This document shows positions 42,401-47,278 of a stretch of DNA of 64,000 bases, piece after piece. Below the pieces are notes generated by a model that searched no databases, was not told the origin of the DNA, and worked only from the letters and a program-made list of their open reading frames with translations. The first letter of the stretch is position 1; each line of letters opens with the position of its first letter. The position numbers were made by a program, and so were the translations under genes. The DNA is from a virus. The stretch spans positions 1 to 64,000 of the IMG/VR virus record IMGVR_UViG_3300025086_000013; one strand, 5' to 3'.

Positions 42401-43784
42401 AAACAAGCTTATTACTTAACCATATAATTGGAAAATTTTTCCATGCCGTACTCCATCCTACACCTTTAGATAAATAGTTAATAGCATCCCATTCTTCTTT
42501 TGATAATTCAGCTCCACCATTTTTTTCTAATGCTTCTATGTAATATTGCTCTCTTTTATCTAATTCTTGTATACCACCTTCTAATTTAGATTCTGACCAT
42601 GCTAAATTAATCATTCTTAAATCTCTATAAAATCCACCAAAAGTTTTAGAAGCTTTAGCTAAATTAGAAAGATTCTTAACACCATTTTTTGTAGAGTTTA
42701 TTTTGCTTAAAGCATACGCTGTTTCTGGTGCTATACCAGACATAACCCATCTTCCTGCTCTTGCTGTATATGTATTACCTTTTGCAAAATTATAAAAATC
42801 TCTTGCTTTATCAATAGCACCTAGCTCTTGCATAAAGTTTTGAGTATAGTTTGTTGCAGTTCTTCCTACATCATTAAGTTTGTCTGCAGCAGTAAATAAT
42901 CTTTTTAAATTTCCTGCAGTTCTTAATGCAGCTACTTCACTTGCTATACCACCTGTTGCAACTGTTAAACCACCAAGTGCAACTTCTTCTACAAAAATAC
43001 TACTAATAATACCAGCTGTATAAGAACTATTTAAAAATAAATCATTAACAAATCCACCAACACCACCTCTAGTAGAAGAGCCAACTCTCATTGCATCTCT
43101 CATAGATTCACCACCAACAAGATCTGTTTCAAGACCATCACCAGTAAAGTAATCACCTATTGCTCTCCAGCTACTTGTAAATGCAGGACCAAACATATCT
43201 CCAAAAGCACCCATTGTTCTGCCCATATCATCCCACCATGTACTATTTTGATTATAGTATACTTCATTATCTTGAAAAGGATGAAATCCTATATCTTGAA
43301 ATTTAGGGTGTCTAAAGTATCTATCTGCATTCATTTGCTTTTTACCATAGATAATAGGCTCTCTGTAACCAGCAGGAGTACCAGAAGTACTTTGATTTGC
43401 TACTTCATTTTTTCTACTAATAAATGCCTCTCTTCCTTCAGAAGTAGTTAAGTCAGGTATATTAGATGAATCAGTAAATGGATTTACATTTGGAGAAGAA
43501 TTTCCTGGATAACCATCTCCTATATCTGGAATTTTTGGTAATACTGAATTAATATCATAAGAAGCTCTTTCAATTGCTTTTTTAGTATCAGGATCAACAT
43601 TATAGTTATCAATATCTGTAATTGTAGAAGCCATAAGCTTATCATCTATCTCATCCATTTGATATCCAGATAGTGCTTTTTCCTGTGTACTTATAGGCAT
43701 AGTATTATTTACAGGAGGTTGAGATGTAGGTGTAGCAGGAATTTGGGTATTTGCTACTTGATTATTTGTATTTTCTTCTGCCAT
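27456..43784 (-). CDS. Giant virion-packaged DNA-dependent RNA polymerase (crAss-like, 5442 aa)
   Basis: Catalytic 'GADFDIDKLY' at 31899-31913 preceded by 'GVRIPSQDKHS'; zincin-like 'HEAFH' at 37182-37196; size and synteny typical of crAss-like phages. Confidence 0.9.
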   Translation of the reverse strand: MAEENTNNQVANTQIPATPTSQPPVNNTMPISTQEKALSGYQMDEIDDKLMASTITDIDNYNVDPDTKKAIERASYDINSVLPKIPDIGDGYPGNSSPNVNPFTDSSNIPDLTTSEGREAFISRKNEVANQSTSGTPAGYREPIIYGKKQMNADRYFRHPKFQDIGFHPFQDNEVYYNQNSTWWDDMGRTMGAFGDMFGPAFTSSWRAIGDYFTGDGLETDLVGGESMRDAMRVGSSTRGGVGGFVNDLFLNSSYTAGIISSIFVEEVALGGLTVATGGIASEVAALRTAGNLKRLFTAADKLNDVGRTATNYTQNFMQELGAIDKARDFYNFAKGNTYTARAGRWVMSGIAPETAYALSKINSTKNGVKNLSNLAKASKTFGGFYRDLRMINLAWSESKLEGGIQELDKREQYYIEALEKNGGAELSKEEWDAINYLSKGVGWSTAWKNFPIIWLSNKLVLDGALRGFKPIGRMLDETMEGAGGRILRSKAGSEKAFFDAGTGLKGVWNAGWKNGAKGAGAAGLRYLTANFAEGFQELAQEAVAAGTGYYYDGLFNEVMSTSLDLNIASVESARKSGNVKFKDAYAAAIHGEGVTFETFMSGFLMGGMVQPFQKILFEHMPQAYTYVTDKEKYDNYQKQKEKYVKNSVDALNEMWADPRNYFDPTKIDGLTQKQLNIEMLAASYEGRIMNFKDAKDQAIFSKLYTMIDLGKANEFKKKFQAYLNMDNAELLEAFSDSEASADDVRKRLSGMLERLGDMENNYNKFKDKFINPYDASKFKTNSLAWAQEAIRERAYQQAKMMLMFSNDTYQRSIQRMESILEKLAVDPVIDNLAANDIAALTDRNSMLQEMSILTEELKIEPEKNAPKDFKKQYENKKEKLKLLKEYYDVFYSKENETSTSEFDRRKIAKLRKAFNNYIDHLALTSGKNRGGADKDKLNEALDMIIDHKTLGGRMIDYYKASQVLNNSEMLVEVADRMSESMNRIWKENKKKYNIYKKLDTFIKKQERSKYLSALAKKGIFADADQAKIFLESGVLPTDYYSEDSKINVVTAKENPAAWKIIQDEKTNHNLIVEADKKSKEEEVGEEAEVDKENIDKGSIDDDTTEEDLDAIAKGAGQSPVQVTTLDNLQKFLDKDPNTKEMLHVLHDEYKIRWANDKSTNKGPLIIDINKFIKSEYGAPFARSRQKTYAIYEKLSAAKKRDKTFDQWLSANQGLASIIKIVNTQGLDVVDILYDNVMNNKTKVKAEIDSNEVEEYAMKIGIRLVRTDAYNKKTNKKDKFWEIRTFANDNAHDMHRGLDPEGKFLKDHYTNKSEADQAMKDLREKLQETTEFDFKTSENKTDTFKKGDIVEDKDGNTWQVASSKDNVEEYNNLKVVSTEGTGKIKYIDQENFDDGGWTVGSKIGAKKEDRKEINLPATKTTRLRMQEPLQFYAFNPEINGRKLYSDSEDARLELARQIMEMDPETIANFEIRIERSDAYETNVAGKETKDLDQFENFEGYEVNTKIKRGGSKYSVVLWSGKEQIAVLQSPSDVILLDKNNNKINPLKITSEQAHQLFRTNKDDKAAEKLQRTYAAAYLLEEKFEDLINKSDDGTVKMKLTDLMDEQKIGVKINKGIVAYPKKKSEMTKFDQLEYNTIGTMKVDGVPTDIYYIIDQRVSELGSEERLAEADRITNFPQDEKWQQKKYKEFRAEVKEAADRADLRNNFGRYVLVIKTPDGEITFAEMKSESKSTSEISNIIQKIKDRVSLTKLNVDEGGNFKKEKGSQPERVDKKFNYKFNEELDNGSGEKDIFGFSKGLFISGKPGETIKLEVTEFGNLQVDYSRKFKTIVGGKNVEVKLDYDATIYPKDLEKIESNDVEGFIKLIQEKLDKKEAEAKKDHKGKVKFHETNFKLDASAFRNSVPKDATFKDLKDNTSVNIKPWIRYNQRMDLVVNDPAGIQRILDNAADPYDNIENEQQGEDDTTVFDLDTWYKKDFEKSLNNNFEKVPEAVLEDIARKVNEKQELKKQEDIIFRSRANRRKILNYVAALKQNDPKAEQIENEEGLTPPQTMNQQDVKDLDKLKKEYKDLWVQKFEKIKSTFPEGTKGLRRKVLDEVAKDPQIIALKAKIDELEGSVLKVVKDDWDGRDIQDINVFINWVKQNLPDYISIEEIDNLQLKLKNNGITVGAFLMELRKVAGGEKFFGKIYTGNTSPYRYHEAFHAVFRLMLTETEIVKYLSLGKKGLMAQLKSENKSLDKAIEEFKLQSPVYTDMTKEQAIERMSEEWMADRFEEFKINPKKTKVDPEIKSFFRKVLDWIISIFSKVTPKKWKENQIDKLFEKIDSGKFKTANRQTNRFTEALAETNGGIAAPVFAIIPKKTIVKKEKVRRAGEIIEIDTPIKIYFTSNESDKITRNIAAAYWDLISQAKISKEKGIKPKDLLRKAVDLIVETQNPDRAEYNDYSALEILDQEEKYEALKDHKRQIRKGAREYLDLLQTKQEFETHVDEHDALESKEENGGEQWDDEANQQGGFKNLSTELRLFIATTSVKEQDKYGKDIIINPEAAPKDQLVLRTGVDYIQAYNSMLKSMAGAVDEISMLKKMLLFGETSVNGAAVIKNFFVRLYGQNGYQDAMTKIMEEGVVPTPLDPIFYQKVIKGFSQFRVDYIFALRDKASGKTSLFAANKKDDAHSQLALWGEAFDQVFQKLKPRIETNKKGQDVNVYSPYFTQLQDVLDRLRSQMRKNTISDSLLKKVSKEIAADLEKLTGISLSAAYVQYSILSTGKTDAVTPYQSSITDLFDENPVTIEDLSELEQSLVRGENLFLDNQNAEELEALQEDIESKAEQEKPEGIKKRLGKWALANAAFDETVGTTVFLDPKGNYIYAHQLPTYHLQKIAMINKQGGLEEVMNNDATGYLAQNFLANDKRMQKLGELKKLKAIRMIGMKETTTTTTKDGTVIENKGLDANNMPGVSYGEMRPNEFLANMINMYLLNFNPVTGKIDEIEYTNENGKIDYFSTSPILIRVLSESNTSDWIEAPVNKAVETNKKTGDVSLRKDYLDNWIAEVEKEYNIILEETEKLLNPTADEDIIDGFNDANSLEEINDTKNDLNQKKYRAYKLTQTSEVTTIRRTADKRVEVTEDAVKKRLGSADFPLITKEGATQKVFLKKGGITGMRENTRATVIINGIEYQVAHQGIVQRTDVNIDAVIEELGDSIQKDSDDVFKFEVIDNDNNTYYVKSKRLQEWFNGVKGNGNNILHRIKIQPIEDAQIERAELGEFEQEGNVFDNSLKRHLEKEARKAKSFKDAMASFKHESGITSQEFIQEALLAQSDEFIKTAKKIKAEKLIDNRIKTQLSINKKEGKADRGVNQETKTSMEALNLKANQLEYNLKQIFLSNWLNTKSINQLLLGNQAMKIKDPIDAIKRAKMQNAAGKSAKSIITAPSLGVKHTLTEIDMIVFNDPEIDSEFYTDKPGDAISQTDAQVYGTLKGFRYKYFGLGELTKQQANLIDRLEKGEQITGEEMFGAADKSSIGYKQLDAQLNSKKWVYGDGSIFIKMSETYLIPDDDSYIDVNTGVRTPYPHRIKQYNLRTKLETWEKENNRVIMAVPKSASKMFNKNIAEHADLFESNTFINSKNVSVLNADYMRLQQVTPSNKTEIVDPRQIKNLILNEQDPSVEVVIGDKTITIGELKSLYHYSISNRVELKYLDRRSLIFDLSTALGEIDKSFNANEVSLDLKSFLDFAIAALESSQSKSQYLEFFSYDRITGQPNYELNNPITIQKMSELFMTFFSKGVLSEKQPGHNVVLMSDYGVNVVKRVDAKDKDGNPIAWTVVSTEGFKRMSDSEKSKLALDNEGNPVATENTDGKFSGLEVGDLYIDRLRYDVQEYKRNKDGKLMKDENNQLIPTDLVYAEFILPPHFREIMENLDPTKPIPDAIAKQFGVRIPSQDKHSAINLKIVDFMSAAKGSTAVFPRELIEVSGADFDIDKLYIQNKEFYTDTQGNFKEYGKGATLNEQFADYIRYKTLEYQNDKGSSMAMAVKKWRSNKGILYDSKYEIEKPADVIFDEYLTWATKDKKSGLLSGTDPKNVKAKWAKENGYDYDPTKNENETGGFDPLYKDEIDVNEKATDAQIMEFFGKNKHIAGALKVLGLPVTKNEYKEFRESNKKEYTYKDSKGKKQTGVLYSEPYAGGYNNNILDYKFALLGNNGMTKVLPGRRLGIKNEPAVIDPLADMWEKIKDRLPTLAAKAGEAGMDIDNMNGQTIAYTNVKEGARNIGSVVLPNVYLGWLKDFKISLREKNDFVSLPIPRFNSHSYNTYDVDYIIDPKTGKQNKQGDRVQYWISSFITGMTDNGKHVLAGKMGLNKHALGVVANMVALGIDPYTSVMLVNHPQIKEMYFSAMHKDKPTDPGIKGLVIKRLKSLTSYSSEIAKEAKQVPVNDSLLEEHIENYEALEQEARETGTRMSTDYIRSEIAILNQFLNMITISEQTKELSAFANMFKGMGRDVDAVEAAEASVASLGIEASDNEMGESELSIDVRKIFKPKKGTTMQSTFYGIWKQFTQKLLQKQVIYASQPFKKINSVISANMGALNPALAKAARSKARKDLLSFVDGIAYIKLLKDIADPEALSSVRNSLIYPEMDGPVDIVEVITSLRDYLKKEGIKNDFINEFLFNDKANTAVNKAGINRAKVNSWTQLKDSQIQKLQAGLVSLLDGDKKSRAAVTHLINYLLVKDGFQFRAGSYLNIVPPVLLERFLQASSDVANLFAKQPPAKAGYKGLDEDYKNIFGMTFSELAEYSLLYFESSSADHLLQKLNRTNKDKTVVYVSVLQKKEYDFKGEVELKKNLKRNTIEEQSNKIFVISDNEAQQGNVGFSSLRNLPNVFAIPVKKNKGMDDSSYYTDSELEDNQNKINDAIEAIKQAGEETGATVVFNEEGVGVEDIYKLKEKAPKTYDFLQKRLLEEFGFKNPTVKKKAKPGTAANIPMDESNIKKIIKGEKTTTVRREESAKKININVGESKLVEFKDPKTGKMVVYEVTNRGELNIEEAGGKEKMIKSEGFEKVADAKYNFTKDWLRDTTNELTLYVYDIKETDKKIIKIDTDVAASIEGVKSPGMSPVVLNLEDNTLIIDQAAGTRQSKIVYKEGKKQYRKWNKYDKKSKMWKNSKKINSAGFRAVEVDYEGQTQEIHKFPYAVKIEVPVKKRNDKGNLVDDGTEIKHYRLEKIFTPYTEGQYKAQKDMLNVDEAQSAAYGTRAEYVEFDPYGSKQQTPIAFIFNIGKDGKLQRRTSYKTIREKQKQVSIKGNNFGDLSKYKENYTKDKLNKWIKDEKKKTLSDTDIERVAASNEGLRAIKKDKIVGDTTIDKAEEIVNKNIKGKGLEEQAPKKVVLNFGKADNVQASTTKDDIGSKDVNQNDKFKLAEVWGDLTDMQKGKIISSMKLGGDRLKDLIKHYEDSNNQFNLEQFLEQMQKCYK

Positions 43785-43787
43785 TGG

Positions 43788-46700
43788 TTATTTTTTATCT
43801 TCCTCATTAATATCATTATTTCTTGCAGTCCATTGAACTGCAGCATTTTGTTTAAGGAATTCTTGTGTTGTTGAAAAATGTGCATTTAATTTTCTCACAT
43901 CAACTACTGACTCTGAATGTCTTCCAGCATCTGGCTCAAAGTTTCCTGTGTCAGGATTATATCCATACATAGTAATACGTTCCATATATTGTCCATTACC
44001 ATTAACATAATAAACAACTTCTCCCCCACCTTCTATTGGGACCGGTTGATAAGTTTTAGCAGAAGAATTATCTATAATAATTTGTAGTGCATTAGGTCTG
44101 TTTCTAGACATATTTTTAGGATTGTTTTGTCTGTCAAACTCTTCTTTAACTAAAATTGTTATTTGATTGTTTGTTCCTTTCATTAGGTCTTCAATGTTTT
44201 TAGCATCACCATCATTATTGTTTAAACTAAGACCTGCATATTTTTTCATTTCATCTTGTGGAATTGTTAAAACATATCCTGAGTAATAATCATATTCTCC
44301 AGTTGCTTCATTATAAACTCTGCTTTCTTGACCACCCATCATTTGAGACCATGAAATAGTTGCATTTCTTTCATCTGCTTCAGTATCACCATTTACAAAA
44401 TCCCTTAACCAATGACTTTGAAGAAATAATTTTGCAGCTGCATCATCAGTAGTTTCATCTGGAAATTGAGTTTCATAATTTCCAAATTTAATTATAGTTG
44501 TAGCATCAGGAGCTTTTAAAGCTTGAGTAAGTCCATAGAAATTATCTAAGGCAGCTGGGTTATCTTCAATATTAACACTATTTATATAAGAGAAATTTTT
44601 AGGATAAATTATTTGATCTGATCCTAATATTTCATCTTGACCATATAAATCATTAAATACATGTGGTGTAGGATATTCTCCATTCTTAGCTTTTTCATGT
44701 GTAAATATAGTATTAAGTTGAGTAGTCATATCATCATAGTGTGCATCTGCAAGTTCTAAAGCTTTAACTTTATTATATTGCCAACCGTTGTTTCCATCCC
44801 AATACCAAAGTTCTCCTCTTAAACTATTCTGTCTACTCATAAAATTATTTGCATTAGGATCATCAAATGGTGAATTACCATTTTCATTTTTACCCCCATT
44901 ACCATAATAACTATTTAAATAATTTGTTAGATCTCCAAGGCCATCATTATTATGTGTTACACTTCCATCAGTTCCAACTGTAGCAGTACCTCTACCTTGA
45001 GTTTGCATTAATATCATATTTCTATATTCATTTTTAGATAAATGTATTAAATCAGAATTAAAAATTCTACTACGAAAACTTTCTGTTCCCGTGTATCCTT
45101 CATCTACTAACCAAGGAACTTGTTCTTCAATCCAATCCCAATGATTTTGACCATCTGCTCTTACAGCATCTTCAGGTGCAAATATATCTGCGTCAGTAAA
45201 TCCATATCTACCTAGGTCATAATATCCTTGTGTTACAACTAAATCACTATATCCATTTCTAGCATTTACAGCATATTGAGAATTTGGTTCTTGATTCTTT
45301 AATATATTTAAACCTTGTTGTTCTATCTTTTTAAAGTTTTCGCTAACCTCTGGAAGATAGGCTTCTGCACCTGCAATTTCTACACTAAGTTGTCCTAAAT
45401 TATCTAATAATTGTTCACCCCATTTACCTCTAAAATTAGTTCTTAATGCAACTGCTGGTCCACCACCTTCGGGTTTTATATATTCTACATCTGAATACCA
45501 CTCATGTGCTTGATTGTATATCCTTTTTAATTGATCATAATTTTCAGCTTTTAAAAAATGAGATTTAGCTTCTTGCATACTAACTACATTAGGATTGTTA
45601 GGATCTTTTGAAATATCAAATCCACCACCTGCTCCTCCATTCCATACTGAAGCAGCATCTCCTATATTATCATATATTTGTTCTACAAAACCAAACATAT
45701 ATTTTGTATTATCTTCATATGCATCATTTAAAGCTCCCCAATTTTCTGCAATTACATCAACATCAATTGCTTCTCCAGTTCTAGCAGCATCTCCTGCATC
45801 ATTCCATGTAGAAATAATTTGATCCATAATATCACCTCTACTTCCTTTTCCTTTTCCTGGATCACCATCTTTACCTTTATTCTTTAATTTCTGAAGCTCC
45901 ATGTCATTTGCATGTTTAATAGCTTCCATATTCATGTCATGAATTTGTTGAGATTCTATTTTTGCTGCTTCAAATATTTGTTTTTTTCTTTGTAGTTCTG
46001 CTTTATTTACTTCATATACTTGTTCGTGTGATCTTGTTGCATATTGTACAGCTGTATTATACATATCTGTTTTTAATGCACCATACATATAAGCTCCATA
46101 TGCTTTGTTTGCTAATGCTCTTTCATCATCTGTAGGAGATTTTTGATCTTGAATGTGTGTACTTAATTTATCTCTAGTTTTTCTTTTTAGACTTAATTCA
46201 ACTTGTTTTTTAAATAAGAAATCATCTTCTACACTTCCTGTTTTAATGCCATATGTTTTTTTATATTCTTCCCATTGTTCTACAGTTAAAGCATCACCTT
46301 TTAATTCTGTATCTAGTTTAGCTAATTCTATAGTCTCATCTTTTGTACCTTCTGTTAATTGATCATTTCTCCATTGCCTTTTTGCAGCATTTATGTCTCC
46401 CCCGAATTTATCTTTATTTGCTTCTGCCCATTCTCTTTCTCTTACCTTAGCTTGAACAAAATACCCTTCTTTAATTTTTGGATCATCTTGAAATGCTTGT
46501 GCTAAAAACTCCATGGGTACATTTCTATATTTAGTTTCCCCATTTTCATCTGTATAAGGTTGACTAGTCATACCCATACCATTAACATGCTGCACCATGT
46601 AATCACCTTCAAAGGTTGTATACTTTATTGACATTGCATCTTTAGTATCACCATCACCGTTTGGATCAGATAATAGTCTTTGCCCTTCTAGAAATAAATT

Positions 46701-47216
46701 TGGATTTTTTACATACCTTGGCATTGGTGCTGATAAGGCTGCTTCATCAGTTCCATTTATAAAATCTTGCATTTCATAATCCATCCATACATCACCATCT
46801 CTCCAATAAAGCTCGCGTCTATCTCTATTATTAGAGTTCTTATATCTTTCCATTTCTCTTTTTTGACTTTGGTATCCTTTAGTATACATTAAGTCTTTAA
46901 CTATATTCTTATCTTCATAAAAAGGTCTAAATAAAGCTTTTGCTGTTTCAACATTTTGTTGTAATGAAAGATCTAAACCACTAACTTGTTTTAATTTACT
47001 ACTGAGTTGGTTAGCATATTGATCTCTTTTTATTTTATTATTCTCCCTAGATAAAGGAGCATATACTACTTGTCCATATAAGTCATTAATAGCTTTATGG
47101 TTAGTGTCATACCTATCTTGTCTAATTTGTAATACATCCTGAAGAAATTTATAGTCAGGAGTAAACGGCTCTAACTGAGGTATGTAAGTTTGAACATTTG
47201 GTAAATAACTAGGCAT
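43788..47216 (-). CDS. Putative virion cargo/ejection protein (1142 aa)
   Basis: Immediately upstream of the RNAP; helical N-terminal 'EPFTPDY.FL...LQ.RQ.RYD' region. Confidence 0.65.
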   Translation of the reverse strand: MPSYLPNVQTYIPQLEPFTPDYKFLQDVLQIRQDRYDTNHKAINDLYGQVVYAPLSRENNKIKRDQYANQLSSKLKQVSGLDLSLQQNVETAKALFRPFYEDKNIVKDLMYTKGYQSQKREMERYKNSNNRDRRELYWRDGDVWMDYEMQDFINGTDEAALSAPMPRYVKNPNLFLEGQRLLSDPNGDGDTKDAMSIKYTTFEGDYMVQHVNGMGMTSQPYTDENGETKYRNVPMEFLAQAFQDDPKIKEGYFVQAKVREREWAEANKDKFGGDINAAKRQWRNDQLTEGTKDETIELAKLDTELKGDALTVEQWEEYKKTYGIKTGSVEDDFLFKKQVELSLKRKTRDKLSTHIQDQKSPTDDERALANKAYGAYMYGALKTDMYNTAVQYATRSHEQVYEVNKAELQRKKQIFEAAKIESQQIHDMNMEAIKHANDMELQKLKNKGKDGDPGKGKGSRGDIMDQIISTWNDAGDAARTGEAIDVDVIAENWGALNDAYEDNTKYMFGFVEQIYDNIGDAASVWNGGAGGGFDISKDPNNPNVVSMQEAKSHFLKAENYDQLKRIYNQAHEWYSDVEYIKPEGGGPAVALRTNFRGKWGEQLLDNLGQLSVEIAGAEAYLPEVSENFKKIEQQGLNILKNQEPNSQYAVNARNGYSDLVVTQGYYDLGRYGFTDADIFAPEDAVRADGQNHWDWIEEQVPWLVDEGYTGTESFRSRIFNSDLIHLSKNEYRNMILMQTQGRGTATVGTDGSVTHNNDGLGDLTNYLNSYYGNGGKNENGNSPFDDPNANNFMSRQNSLRGELWYWDGNNGWQYNKVKALELADAHYDDMTTQLNTIFTHEKAKNGEYPTPHVFNDLYGQDEILGSDQIIYPKNFSYINSVNIEDNPAALDNFYGLTQALKAPDATTIIKFGNYETQFPDETTDDAAAKLFLQSHWLRDFVNGDTEADERNATISWSQMMGGQESRVYNEATGEYDYYSGYVLTIPQDEMKKYAGLSLNNNDGDAKNIEDLMKGTNNQITILVKEEFDRQNNPKNMSRNRPNALQIIIDNSSAKTYQPVPIEGGGEVVYYVNGNGQYMERITMYGYNPDTGNFEPDAGRHSESVVDVRKLNAHFSTTQEFLKQNAAVQWTARNNDINEEDKK

Positions 47217-47278
47217 ATATCAAAAATACTAAAATTTTTTAAGTTTTTCTATTAATCTTAATACACTTTTAAGGTGTA

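Noticed and set aside
4137-43784. Inteins or group I introns in polB, nrdJ or the RNAP
   Set aside because: PolB and NrdJ are of compact length with contiguous motifs; no LAGLIDADG or intein-terminal HN-[CST] in a Hint context was recognised.
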